64,000 nt of DNA from a virus. Made by a program: the position numbers and the translations under genes. Below the pieces are notes generated by a model. It was not told the DNA's origin. It was given only the letters and a program-made list of their open reading frames with translations, and ran no database searches. Of this stretch, positions 47,976 through 57,136 are shown one piece after another. The DNA lies in the IMG/VR virus record IMGVR_UViG_3300045988_106180, positions 22,057 to 86,056 of that record, one strand, 5' to 3'. Within the stretch, counting starts at the first letter, position 1; each line of letters begins with the position of its first letter.

Positions 47976-48966
47976 ACTGTTTTTCTTTTACCTTGTTATT
48001 GATTATCAAATCTGCCACATCATCTCCGTCCCCTACATTTTCAACATTTTGAAGATAGTCCGATACTTTTATCCTTGACTTCATCATCATCCCATCTATC
48101 TTTTTACTCCATGTCTCAAATGCTTGTCCTTTGTCCGGAAAAGCTACAGTCTTTCTATCTTTTAAAACATCTATCACTTCCGGTCTTAAGTTCTGCAACC
48201 CACCGGTAGCTACAAACAACTCATCTGGTTTATTCACGGCGCATATAATAGCCGTCTTTTCTGACTCCACCAAATTAACCACCTTATCCGGATATTGGCT
48301 TAGAAGATGTTCTCCGAACAGGCATTGTCTAAACAAGAAGTCTCTTGCATGCAACGAGTGATAAAACATAACATGAGGCCGCTCATTGTCACCGTCTTTT
48401 TCTTTCACTCTTTTTACATCAATCTCATTCCCCTGGCTGTCGGTCTTTATATAAAAGTCCATGATCTTGCCAGTTCTACATACAAAGTCCTTATCTATCT
48501 GCCAGAATATACAACACCCTTTCCATCCCCATAAGTCCATTGTTCCGACATGATATCTTCTAAATACGTCAGATACCCTTTCTTTTCCCCATAGAGACGA
48601 TAAAAATCTAAATACAGTATTTCTATCATCTGGAACCACAGTCCTCTCAAACTCGCTAAAAGGTATGTAATTTACAACGTCAGGATTTACAGGAGGACGA
48701 TAAGCTCTTATACACTTGTTTCCTGAAATCCAAAGATCTTTGTCACCTACATCCTTACCGGTAGGTCGTTTATCGTAACCGCAAGTCCGTTCATGATCGC
48801 ATCTTCCGAACTCGTTGCCAACAACCTGACCTGTTGCCACATCAATATAAGGAGTGAGGCACCGGCTTTTCCCGCAAGCTGGGCAGGTTAGCTTCAGTCG
48901 GCTCCTGCCCGGCCTGCGGTCAAGTTGAAACCGAGGTACGTTTTCGTATTTTCTAAAATCAAGCAT
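47953..48966 (-). CDS. putative DNA primase (zinc-ribbon plus TOPRIM-like region)
   Basis: N-terminal CPACGKSRC...C.HERTCGY zinc ribbon of the primase type. VVNLVESEKTAIICAV...VAFPDKGQ is TOPRIM-like. Next to the helicases. Confidence 0.55.
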   Translation of the reverse strand: MLDFRKYENVPRFQLDRRPGRSRLKLTCPACGKSRCLTPYIDVATGQVVGNEFGRCDHERTCGYDKRPTGKDVGDKDLWISGNKCIRAYRPPVNPDVVNYIPFSEFERTVVPDDRNTVFRFLSSLWGKERVSDVFRRYHVGTMDLWGWKGCCIFWQIDKDFVCRTGKIMDFYIKTDSQGNEIDVKRVKEKDGDNERPHVMFYHSLHARDFLFRQCLFGEHLLSQYPDKVVNLVESEKTAIICAVNKPDELFVATGGLQNLRPEVIDVLKDRKTVAFPDKGQAFETWSKKIDGMMMKSRIKVSDYLQNVENVGDGDDVADLIINNKVKEKQYEPGRLY

Positions 48967-49309
48967 TTTTAACTCCTCTCATCGCCTCTATGATGCTATC
49001 TGCTATAGTTATAGACCATGACACCACATCTGGTACATATACTCCGCAATCTATTTCACCTTTTCTATTTTGTGCTTTAACAAACTCAATAGAATAAGCC
49101 TTGATAAGATCGAATCTACGTTGCTCCCAGTCTACATCTTTGTTTTCGTCATTTACAGGAAGGGTATCGAGATAAAAATTTAAACTCTCACTTATCACAT
49201 TCCCATTATCACCATAGAACTGTATTCTGTCATGGTCGCTTCTTGTAGTTGAGCTACTGAAAGTGATTACGTCTATTATCTCTCCTGTTCTTCTAATTTT
49301 TCTTTTCAT
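48959..49309 (-). CDS. hypothetical protein (116 aa)
   Basis: ORF. Confidence 0.4.
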   Translation of the reverse strand: MKRKIRRTGEIIDVITFSSSTTRSDHDRIQFYGDNGNVISESLNFYLDTLPVNDENKDVDWEQRRFDLIKAYSIEFVKAQNRKGEIDCGVYVPDVVSWSITIADSIIEAMRGVKNA

Positions 49310-49539
49310 ACTCTTCTTGTATTTCTGACCAATATAGGCATTATTATTTCGATGGTCTTGCCATATTTCTTATGAGATGCAAGTACACATATTGCATATT
49401 TATCTCCTATTTTCAAATCTTTCGATAATCTTAATCTCGAACCCCTTTTGATGTTAATAAAATAATAACCAAAAGGATTGATGCATATCGGTTTTACGAT
49501 TTCTATATAATCTCCTTCAGGAATAACAATATCGTTCAT
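49306..49539 (-). CDS. hypothetical protein (77 aa)
   Basis: ORF. Confidence 0.4.
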   Translation of the reverse strand: MNDIVIPEGDYIEIVKPICINPFGYYFINIKRGSRLRLSKDLKIGDKYAICVLASHKKYGKTIEIIMPILVRNTRRV

Positions 49540-50852
49540 ATTATGAATCTTTTAGACATTTCCTCAGCAATATCATATACGACAATATGATCCTCTTCAT
49601 TGTAAGGCTTATTGATATTCAGCACTCCTTTTCTCACTTTAAACCTCTTATCTTTTCTGATATGATTCAACATCCCTTGTTGGAACACACAGTCCGCTTT
49701 CTCCATAGCAGCATTTTTATCAGACCATTCTTTTAGCGTATAACCTTTACTGTTCGTGCTTTTTGGAGAAAAATTCATAATACGTGCATCAATTCCGTAC
49801 CAGTTTTTAACCATTCTCCTTTCAGCCTCCAATTGAAAAGCATGTTCATTTCGTATGTCACCTGATTTAAAATCTAAGATAACAATCTCTTCTTTCTCCA
49901 CTTCTCTCACTTCCTTCTTCGGATCTCCTTTTTTGAACTGCCCCGTAGCCCTTTGATACACGGCTCCAAAATAACCTTCTTCTTTGTGTTTGAATGTCAT
50001 TTTAACCATCGCATCTATCGGCGTAGCTACCAAATAATCTTCTAATGATAATATTCTTTCAATCATCATCGGCTTAACCTTATACTCCGAACAAAATTTG
50101 GCAAATTTCATAACCCTAACAATCATATCGTCAAGATCATCTATGCTACCAAAGAATTTGTCAAGATTCTTTTTCGATATCTTCAACTTACCTTCTTGCA
50201 CTGTCTTAACTATAAAACTTCGATTTAAGACCATATCTCTACCTGTCAAGTACAATCCGTATAGGTAGTGCATGATCGTTCCTTTATCTGCATCATATTC
50301 TGATACTTCTTCCGGATTGCGACCAATCATCCTCATCTCCTGTCTCCATTCTTGAAGAGCCGTCTTGTCATCTACGAATCCGTCTCTAATCATGGTTGTT
50401 ACCGAGGCGTATATCTTGGCTGTCCCATCGTCCATCTTTCTTACATAAAAACGATTACCGTCTAATGTCAATCTTACGAATTTGGGAGTCTCGATCTTCT
50501 TTAACTCATCACAGATATAAAACGGCTCTAACGTTTCCTGATTTTCTGTAAACGGATTCGAATCCTCTTCTCCAGGGTTAGGAGCGGCTTCCTCCGCCGG
50601 AGCTTCCGGTTCCTCCTTCTGGGCCTGCTCTGTCTCAGGCGCCGGCTCTTTAACTACTGGAACCTGTCCGCCTCTTTCTGCTATGTCTCTGTTCTTTATT
50701 AAAGACATAACCTCCTTCTTCAACTGCTCTGGTGTTTGGTTAGGATCTGACACCGACATCACAACATCGTTCATTCTAAACAACGTATTTCCTTCTCCTT
50801 CTACCATAGGCACAAACCCTAAATCTGTCAATATTTTTATTTTCTCTTTCAC
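49536..50852 (-). CDS. PD-(D/E)XK family nuclease (438 aa)
   Basis: ATPIDAMVK (D), IVILDFKSGD (D-x-K) and QLEAERRM (Q..Y-like) motifs. Acidic Pro-rich linker. Confidence 0.6.
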   Translation of the reverse strand: MKEKIKILTDLGFVPMVEGEGNTLFRMNDVVMSVSDPNQTPEQLKKEVMSLIKNRDIAERGGQVPVVKEPAPETEQAQKEEPEAPAEEAAPNPGEEDSNPFTENQETLEPFYICDELKKIETPKFVRLTLDGNRFYVRKMDDGTAKIYASVTTMIRDGFVDDKTALQEWRQEMRMIGRNPEEVSEYDADKGTIMHYLYGLYLTGRDMVLNRSFIVKTVQEGKLKISKKNLDKFFGSIDDLDDMIVRVMKFAKFCSEYKVKPMMIERILSLEDYLVATPIDAMVKMTFKHKEEGYFGAVYQRATGQFKKGDPKKEVREVEKEEIVILDFKSGDIRNEHAFQLEAERRMVKNWYGIDARIMNFSPKSTNSKGYTLKEWSDKNAAMEKADCVFQQGMLNHIRKDKRFKVRKGVLNINKPYNEEDHIVVYDIAEEMSKRFII

Positions 50853-51034
50853 GATCTTCCTCTAATTAATTCTTCTTTAATACAATGTAACACTGTTTCC
50901 ACTTCATCTTTATCTCTATCTTTCACTGCGATAGCTATATCCTTACCATAACTCTCTCTTCGTATGTGAGCATAAAAGATAGTTTCATCGTCAGCTTCTA
51001 TTCTTATTTTATAAAGTTTTCTCATATCTGTCAA
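50849..51034 (-). CDS. hypothetical protein (61 aa)
   Basis: ORF. Confidence 0.35.
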   Translation of the reverse strand: MTDMRKLYKIRIEADDETIFYAHIRRESYGKDIAIAVKDRDKDEVETVLHCIKEELIRGRS

Positions 51035-51533
51035 TTATTTCAATAATTAATTTACCTCTTTCTTTAATCATTCCCCTGCTTTCCATATCCAGCACCTTCT
51101 TTACCGCATACTTCCATACAAAAGGAAATTCTGTTTCAAGTTTATCAAATTCCATCCGGTCAAGATACATGTCGAATACCGTATGCTCCGATTCATGAAG
51201 GAAAACTATATTATCCCTGCAAGTAGCAACCGACTTATATATCCTTTTCGGAAGTATGTGACAGACGTTACATACTGTAGGAAAATGAATAGCCTTACCG
51301 GTCATAGACATCCGACTATTATTTAACTCTTCCAGCATAAGACGAAAAAAACCAGATAAATCTGGGTTCTCTAACTTTTTCTTCTTGCTGCTGTTTTTAA
51401 TGGATGTAATTCTGTCTTTTTTCTTCGGAGTCAACTCTTTGCTCCTGCAAGCCTGGCATAAGCCATGACTTCTTATCATCACTTTTCGTCCGCACCTTTC
51501 GCAGACGTATAGCTTCTTTTCCTTGCTTTCCAT
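51009..51533 (-). CDS. zinc-ribbon / HNH-like nuclease candidate (174 aa)
   Basis: CERCG...CQAC ribbon, then CNVCHILPKR...RDNIVFLHESEH, which resembles HNH catalytic H...N...H spacing. Confidence 0.45.
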   Translation of the reverse strand: MESKEKKLYVCERCGRKVMIRSHGLCQACRSKELTPKKKDRITSIKNSSKKKKLENPDLSGFFRLMLEELNNSRMSMTGKAIHFPTVCNVCHILPKRIYKSVATCRDNIVFLHESEHTVFDMYLDRMEFDKLETEFPFVWKYAVKKVLDMESRGMIKERGKLIIEIIDRYEKTL

Positions 51534-51718
51534 TCGAATAATAATGATATTATTGAAAAGAACAATCCCGCTGAAGCCAGTAGATAAGGTACGTTCATTA
51601 ATAATTTAGATACCTCGTCTGTCTTAATCACTATCAGAAGGAAAGCGCCTGCTGAAAGCAATGATATTATCGCCACAACAAGCGCTATGTTGGAAACTAC
51701 ATCAGCCTTACTCTTCAC
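51479..51718 (-). CDS. small membrane protein (79 aa)
   Basis: Two hydrophobic helices. Confidence 0.35.
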   Translation of the reverse strand: MKSKADVVSNIALVVAIISLLSAGAFLLIVIKTDEVSKLLMNVPYLLASAGLFFSIISLLFEWKARKRSYTSAKGADEK

Positions 51719-52178
51719 TCTTCTTCTCGCCTAATTTTTCAGCTCCCTTCTGAAGATCGTATTTGAATACGTCAATGATCTTCGTTTCAGCAATAGCTTC
51801 GCAATTCCAGTCGCCCAACGTACCCTGCATGCCTTTAGTCAACACAGCTTCGGCATCCTTAGGATTGCCGGCCTGGACATACATATAGCATGGAGTTTTC
51901 TTTTCTTTACCTTTCTTTTCATCCAGTGTAATGTAATTTACCTTACACTTATACCAGTACTCAGCTTCTCCGTTGAAGAAGATTTCCGACACTTTAATAG
52001 GATTTATTTTAACAATGTCGAACACTTGAAATAAATCCTTGAAAATCTCTAAAGATCTTGATTCTGCCTCTGTATAAGATAAGGCATCTACCAAATACTT
52101 TTCAGTTACTTTCTTTTTTTTGCCGTTCTCGATATTATCAATCTCGGCTTTTACCGTAATTTCAAACCAGCGATTCAT
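51708..52178 (-). CDS. DUF4494-like protein (156 aa)
   Basis: WFEITVKAE...KKKVTEKYLVDALSYTEAESR resembles the Bacteroidetes DUF4494 consensus as recalled. Unverified. Confidence 0.45.
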   Translation of the reverse strand: MNRWFEITVKAEIDNIENGKKKKVTEKYLVDALSYTEAESRSLEIFKDLFQVFDIVKINPIKVSEIFFNGEAEYWYKCKVNYITLDEKKGKEKKTPCYMYVQAGNPKDAEAVLTKGMQGTLGDWNCEAIAETKIIDVFKYDLQKGAEKLGEKKSEE

Positions 52179-52189
52179 TGTATTAATAT

Positions 52190-52444
52190 TTAATTAGTTG
52201 ATTTCTTTCCTTTCTCTATACTATTTTTAAGTCTTTCAGAACACCACTGCAAAACGTCCATCATCATCATCTCATTGTTGGATAAGATACCTTTTATAAT
52301 TAACGCCAATTGATGCTGTGACATTCTTAGGCTCATATCAAATCTTCTTTTCTCTTCATTTACTATCGTGGCTACGAAATACTTACACCCCTCTAAGTGC
52401 GTCAGGGCTTCAATCATAGCTTCTTTTATCTCTTTTTCTTCCAT
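52190..52444 (-). CDS. hypothetical protein (84 aa)
   Basis: ORF. Confidence 0.4.
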   Translation of the reverse strand: MEEKEIKEAMIEALTHLEGCKYFVATIVNEEKRRFDMSLRMSQHQLALIIKGILSNNEMMMMDVLQWCSERLKNSIEKGKKSTN

Positions 52445-52519
52445 TCTGTTTGTTTTTTTTTGGACAAAGATATGTCTTTTGATAATAAAAAAGATTCAAA
52501 ATGATTTAATTTAGCTTAA

Positions 52520-53188
52520 TTACTGCTCTTTTGATTCGTCCGGTATAGGCATGTCAAACTTTTTTCTGATAAACGACTCTGTTTCTTCATTGAATGGATA
52601 GGCCTCCTTAATAAAATTCATAGCTACCTCCATATCACCGTCTGCTATATCTTTATACCTTTCAAAGATACCAACCAGGTCATTGTTATATGAACGCTCT
52701 TGTTTTATGTTGTACACGTATTTCAACACCCTGTCTTTAATTTCATTGGCTTTTTTCACAGTATCATTGAAGGAATTTATACTTTCCAATTCTGGATCTT
52801 TGTTTTCCTTGTTTACCTTATCAAACTCTTCCTTGCTATATCCTGCTTCTCCTGTAATGGCTGGGCAAACACTTCCATTTATGATCCAAAACTGTTCATA
52901 CGATCCTATCAGAAACTTTGATTCCATTTTAAATGCATTATATTTAATAAGCAAATTAGCCACCTCTGTTGCACCTTCTATGGTTCTAAAACCGATACCG
53001 ATATCTTTTAACATAAATACTGGAACTCCAGTTCTTGGATACACGACTTCTTTTTTGTTCTTTATATTCCAGTTTTTAGCTTCAATTGGAATACCTTTAC
53101 CAGCAAGCTCTTTGTCTATATACAGATATATCTCTTTGCATGTCAATGACACGATCTCATCTCTGCTTAAATCAAAAACTGTTTTCAT
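52520..53188 (-). CDS. hypothetical protein (222 aa)
   Basis: ORF. Confidence 0.45.
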   Translation of the reverse strand: MKTVFDLSRDEIVSLTCKEIYLYIDKELAGKGIPIEAKNWNIKNKKEVVYPRTGVPVFMLKDIGIGFRTIEGATEVANLLIKYNAFKMESKFLIGSYEQFWIINGSVCPAITGEAGYSKEEFDKVNKENKDPELESINSFNDTVKKANEIKDRVLKYVYNIKQERSYNNDLVGIFERYKDIADGDMEVAMNFIKEAYPFNEETESFIRKKFDMPIPDESKEQ

Positions 53189-53388
53189 TTATTTTTATTT
53201 ATTAAATTAAACAATCTACCTCTTTGTTCAGGCTCCGTATATTCTACCCATATATCGGCTGCCACATTTCTAAGAAATTCCATAAAGTCTTGATGATCCC
53301 TGTATTCAGCAGAATCAACCTTTCTCACAAAACTTAGAATTTCCTTTAACATCTTGTTGTTTTCTTCAAGAAGTTCTCTGTCGGTCAT
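53185..53388 (-). CDS. hypothetical protein (67 aa)
   Basis: ORF. Confidence 0.4.
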   Translation of the reverse strand: MTDRELLEENNKMLKEILSFVRKVDSAEYRDHQDFMEFLRNVAADIWVEYTEPEQRGRLFNLINKNK

Positions 53389-53573
53389 AACCTTTCAAAT
53401 TTTCTTCTTAATTTATTCATTCTTCTATTTTCTTTAAAACAAGGAAATGGCTTATCTTTTACCGATAAATAACCATTTGGAATACAGTCGCTTATAGCTT
53501 TAGAGGATAGTATTTTTACTAATTTTGTACCCGATCTATCATTAGGATCGTCAAGTCCTAAAACGTTTTGCAT
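53385..53573 (-). CDS. hypothetical protein (62 aa)
   Basis: ORF. Confidence 0.35.
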   Translation of the reverse strand: MQNVLGLDDPNDRSGTKLVKILSSKAISDCIPNGYLSVKDKPFPCFKENRRMNKLRRKFERL

Positions 53574-53580
53574 TCCGGTA

Positions 53581-53731
53581 TTAGACCTCGCCTCTACGAA
53601 TTAAATAACATTCTCCTTTTTTATTAGGATGCTTCTTAAACGGATCTTTTGGCAAATATATGTATTCATACTTATCAGTACATTTTTTTTGTTTCTCCAA
53701 ATTGGATGAAGTGTTTTTCCTTTTTTGTCTC
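53581..53731 (-). CDS. unlisted small ORF (~50 aa, MRQKRKNTSSNLEKQKKCTDKYEY...)
   Basis: Hand-translated. Begins 5-6 nt downstream of the conserved ~30-nt leader element. Confidence 0.25.
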
Positions 53732-53735
53732 ATAA

Positions 53736-53770
53736 CTCTAACTTTTAAAAATGAATAATTAATTGAGTAT
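53736..53770 (-). repeat. conserved ~30-nt upstream element, copy 1 (shares a 20-nt identical core AAAAATGAATAATTAATTGA with 56254-56286)
   Basis: Near-identical sequence lies 5-6 nt upstream of the ATGs of two unrelated small - strand ORFs. Confidence 0.5.
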
Positions 53771-53778
53771 ATAATTAC

Positions 53779-54141
53779 CTAAGGTAATAGATCATCCAAA
53801 TAAGCCCATGATTCCATTTCATCTAATCTGCATAAAATACATCCTGGACGGCTGGATATAAAAGTTCTGTTCTCTTCCAATATACCCATAATTGGATTCT
53901 TTGATCCTATTGTTGATTTCTTAGGGAGAAACACAATAAAACGGTGGCAATCTGGAATTACTGTTATAGAATGCCACACGCTGTTGATGCGCCATTCTGC
54001 ACCTGCTATGAAATCTTCACGGCAATTATCCTTGCGTAGAACATAATCGTCTGCATCCACTTCTTTGAGAACGTTTCGCCGAAAATGTGTTTTACCTATG
54101 GAATAATTTTTTGCTGCTTTTTCAATATCTTCTCGTTTCAT
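53779..54141 (-). CDS. hypothetical protein (120 aa)
   Basis: ORF. Confidence 0.4.
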   Translation of the reverse strand: MKREDIEKAAKNYSIGKTHFRRNVLKEVDADDYVLRKDNCREDFIAGAEWRINSVWHSITVIPDCHRFIVFLPKKSTIGSKNPIMGILEENRTFISSRPGCILCRLDEMESWAYLDDLLP

Positions 54142-54154
54142 TTCTTTTTAAATT

Positions 54155-54631
54155 TTACAGTATAGATTGAACATATTCCAAATATTCTTGAGCTTGTTCA
54201 GGGGATTCGAATTGAGATGTCTCTTCGTTATATAAAGGAGCATAGTTGGCTTGTTTCAATAAATTGTCGTAAAACATATTGATGAATATTTTTAATAGAT
54301 CGGCTGTATTATTCGCTGTTCCCATTGTTACTCCATGACATCCATCTCCCATATTTACATATTCGTTACTAAAAGACATCCCACCTTTTATATCATATCG
54401 AATTTGAGCGATGTATATGCGTTCGAAATGTACTTCAAACCAAAGATTATGTTCTGATTTTTCATATTCTTTGATTGATAAGCAGAATATGCCAAAAACA
54501 AATTTTAACTCTTCTTTTGTAATTCCTGCCGGATTTTTTGTCAATATTTCTTTAACTTGTTCTTTCGTTATCATGATTCGATATTTTTTAGTTGTTAGAT
54601 AAAAGCAAAATCGGTTCATTTGACTCCGCAA
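54155..54631 (-). CDS. hypothetical protein (158 aa; likely starts at an internal Met)
   Basis: ORF. Confidence 0.4.
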   Translation of the reverse strand: MRSQMNRFCFYLTTKKYRIMITKEQVKEILTKNPAGITKEELKFVFGIFCLSIKEYEKSEHNLWFEVHFERIYIAQIRYDIKGGMSFSNEYVNMGDGCHGVTMGTANNTADLLKIFINMFYDNLLKQANYAPLYNEETSQFESPEQAQEYLEYVQSIL

Positions 54632-55334
54632 TTGCTTTTATTTGTTCTGGATTGATAAAACTCTTAATTTGTTCACTTATCTTACAAATAGATTTGATCA
54701 TATCAACGAATAATTTTGAGGTACATTCGTTGCATTCCACTTCCATTACCGGTTTATGTCGATTGTATGATATGCATGTTACATAATTCAGCCAGTGCGC
54801 ATAAGTTCCTTTTTCTGTATTTAACCTGCCGTATTCTACTTTTGTCTCTCCATTTCCATATTCAATTACTCTTTTTAGAAATGGTTTTGCATAAACACTA
54901 AAACCGAAAGGTTGGGCGTTTAAGGCATCTAAACGGGAAGTTCCATCCCTCCATTCTCCATTTTCATCGCCTCCTGTCCATTCCTTAGAGGGGTTAGGGA
55001 CAATATTTCCGTTTTTGTCATATGAAAACAGGCAATTCGTTTCCAGTTGATACTTAATAACAGGCACTTCTTCTACTATTTTATAACTCAAACATCTCTT
55101 CAGAACTTCCCTGATTTGACTTTCCAAATCAGAAAGTGCTATACTATTGAAATATCCTTCGTTGCCTAATCTGTTTGTAGGTAATTTGATCCCATAAGAA
55201 TGAATCTTGTCCACATCTTCTTTTGACAAGGTAGTGGTAAACACTCCTTCTTTGGTGACATTCACTTTAACAGTTACAGACAAACTGTTATTAGCGTTCT
55301 TTTCCGTTATATTTAGTGTTGTTAATGCTGCCAT
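54588..55334 (-). CDS. hypothetical protein (248 aa)
   Basis: ORF. Confidence 0.45.
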   Translation of the reverse strand: MAALTTLNITEKNANNSLSVTVKVNVTKEGVFTTTLSKEDVDKIHSYGIKLPTNRLGNEGYFNSIALSDLESQIREVLKRCLSYKIVEEVPVIKYQLETNCLFSYDKNGNIVPNPSKEWTGGDENGEWRDGTSRLDALNAQPFGFSVYAKPFLKRVIEYGNGETKVEYGRLNTEKGTYAHWLNYVTCISYNRHKPVMEVECNECTSKLFVDMIKSICKISEQIKSFINPEQIKAIAESNEPILLLSNN

Positions 55335-55352
55335 AATCAGATCTTTTTAAAA

Positions 55353-55604
55353 TCAATTCGAATAAATATAATACATTCCTGCTTCATATACCTTATGTAC
55401 ATCAGGGTCATTCTTGTCTTCCGGTTCCAATTCACTCTCTTCACAAGTATAATCCCATTCAGAGTTGTAGTACATATCCTCGTCTGTTTTCTCCAAGGAA
55501 CAATCTTTCATTAGATTCATATTTTCTCCCCATACTGCAACTTCTTGTCGTTGCTCTTCTTCTGTCATAAGGGATATTTTGTCTTTTAATTCTTTCCAGG
55601 TCAT
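55353..55604 (-). CDS. very acidic small protein (83 aa)
   Basis: D/E-rich; candidate DNA-mimic-type protein. Confidence 0.4.
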   Translation of the reverse strand: MTWKELKDKISLMTEEEQRQEVAVWGENMNLMKDCSLEKTDEDMYYNSEWDYTCEESELEPEDKNDPDVHKVYEAGMYYIYSN

Positions 55605-55712
55605 GATTTCTAAAATATGATCAATAATTCATTCTACATCAAAAAGTTGATCTAACACCAATAATTCTGCATCCATATCTTCATCTTTCGGGAAACGAAC
55701 TTTTATGTTTCC

Positions 55713-55745
55713 AAACCCCTACATCTTAAACAAGATGTAGGGGTT
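55713..55745 (-). other. perfect 14-bp hairpin (AACCCCTACATCTT-AAAC-AAGATGTAGGGGTT) overlapping the 3' end of gene 55719..56012
   Basis: Perfect inverted repeat with a 4-nt loop. A second GGAAAC...GTTTCC hairpin sits at about 55691-55712. No T-tract follows on either strand. Confidence 0.4.
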
Positions 55746-56012
55746 CATGTCTTCGGCAGTCACTGGCTTATACTCCTTAACCTCTGACATCTTGAGATAC
55801 CAGTCACCTATTTTTACAAACCCAGAAAAGATAGAACACAGATGCGCTTTTACAGACTGTATCTCCTTTTTATCTTTGAAAGGTATAATTTCGTCCTTTC
55901 CCCTTATCCTGATTGACAAAAAAGGACGAATGTTATCTGTTTCATTTTGAAATTTGAAGCCTGTTATGGCTTGCTTGGGGATTCTTCTTCCCATTAATAT
56001 GAAATAAGCCAT
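55719..56012 (-). CDS. hypothetical protein (97 aa)
   Basis: ORF. Confidence 0.4.
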   Translation of the reverse strand: MAYFILMGRRIPKQAITGFKFQNETDNIRPFLSIRIRGKDEIIPFKDKKEIQSVKAHLCSIFSGFVKIGDWYLKMSEVKEYKPVTAEDMNPYILFKM

Positions 56013-56079
56013 TGCGATAAGTTGTTTTACTTTGTATTCTATAATCCTACCAACAAGTTCCCCGATGATAGAAAATATT

Positions 56080-56250
56080 CTAATTCATAGAGGAAAGAAA
56101 AGAAGTAGCTCTTTCAAATTTTCTTCTTAGCTCATTAGACCATTGATGATCATAATCTGCCAATAATGATCCCATTTCCATTATTAAGGAATAAACTTCT
56201 TCTTTTCTTGCTAAAAAAGATTGTTTGTCTTTTTCTTTTAATGTTTTCAT
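56080..56250 (-). CDS. unlisted small ORF (~56 aa, MKTLKEKDKQSFLARKEEVYSLIM...)
   Basis: Hand-translated. Begins 4 nt downstream of copy 2 of the conserved leader element. Confidence 0.25.
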   Translation of the reverse strand: MKTLKEKDKQSFLARKEEVYSLIMEMGSLLADYDHQWSNELRRKFERATSFLSSMN

Positions 56251-56253
56251 GAC

Positions 56254-56286
56254 TGTAACTTAAAAATGAATAATTAATTGATTTAT
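56254..56286 (-). repeat. conserved ~30-nt upstream element, copy 2
   Basis: GTAACTTAAAAATGAATAATTAATTGATTTAT versus CTAACTTTTAAAAATGAATAATTAATTGAGTAT at 53736-53770. Confidence 0.5.
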
Positions 56287-56321
56287 AAAAAATGTGTTAA
56301 AATGGCATATAAATGCCTTGA

Positions 56322-57125
56322 TCAATTAGACACAAATGTACAAATTTTATTAAGATACCCTTCTGTCATCTCTATGAAATTCACACAATCTAATTTGCTT
56401 AACTTGTAAATCAATGCCGGATTGTGTACTATGGCTATAATTTGTGTTTGTGGTTTATGGAATGATAATACATTATAAATTTGCATTATGTTATCAATAT
56501 CAAGATTCCTATCTGGCTCATCCATGAGAACCGTGTATTCAAAACTGCTTTCTGTTAATGTTATGCGGTTTCTTTCATAATACTTCAACAGGTTATCAAT
56601 TCTTTTAATCCAAAACGCATTTGATTTTTTCTTGTATTCTACAAGATCTTGTATTGGAAATGTATAATCCTTTTGACCGAACATTAAATTGAAAAGTGAT
56701 TCCAATGACAACACCACTTTCTCTCCATAAGATCTTCGAATATTATTCACATACAAATCTAAGTTGCTGATGTTTTTCAATACGCTATCTCGATTCATCT
56801 CCGCCGATGGCAATAAACGGAATACTTTCCCTGCATAATCGGATGATATGTCAATCCCATCAAGAACCTTGTCATCATCATCATCATCAAATATAGGTGG
56901 AAAATCCAGTGCCTCGATCGGTATTTCAGAGCACATGGATTTCTCACATAACGCATACATTGATATGATGTTAAGCAAGGTCGATTTTCCACTACCGTTT
57001 TTCCCTATAATCACATTCACTCCTGGCTTGAAAATAAATTCTCTGCCATTTTCAAATGCTTCTATATCCGAAACATATTCAAATGGAGTTTTTGTATTGT
57101 CTTTTATTTTTACTGATGTTATCAT
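56322..57125 (-). CDS. compact ABC-type (AAA_21-like) ATPase (267 aa)
   Basis: Walker A GKNGSGKST, signature-like SYGEKVV, Walker B VLMDEPDRNLD, H-loop IAIVHNP. No fused nuclease or transporter domain. Confidence 0.7.
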   Translation of the reverse strand: MITSVKIKDNTKTPFEYVSDIEAFENGREFIFKPGVNVIIGKNGSGKSTLLNIISMYALCEKSMCSEIPIEALDFPPIFDDDDDDKVLDGIDISSDYAGKVFRLLPSAEMNRDSVLKNISNLDLYVNNIRRSYGEKVVLSLESLFNLMFGQKDYTFPIQDLVEYKKKSNAFWIKRIDNLLKYYERNRITLTESSFEYTVLMDEPDRNLDIDNIMQIYNVLSFHKPQTQIIAIVHNPALIYKLSKLDCVNFIEMTEGYLNKICTFVSN

Positions 57126-57136
57126 TGTAATCCTTT

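Noticed and set aside
50554-50565. GGATTCGAATCC, resembling a tRNA T-arm
   Set aside because: It is a simple palindrome inside the PD-(D/E)XK nuclease CDS with no acceptor, D or anticodon arms. Likewise GGTTCGAATC at 26013-26022 is inside a CDS. No tRNA could be assembled anywhere in the window.
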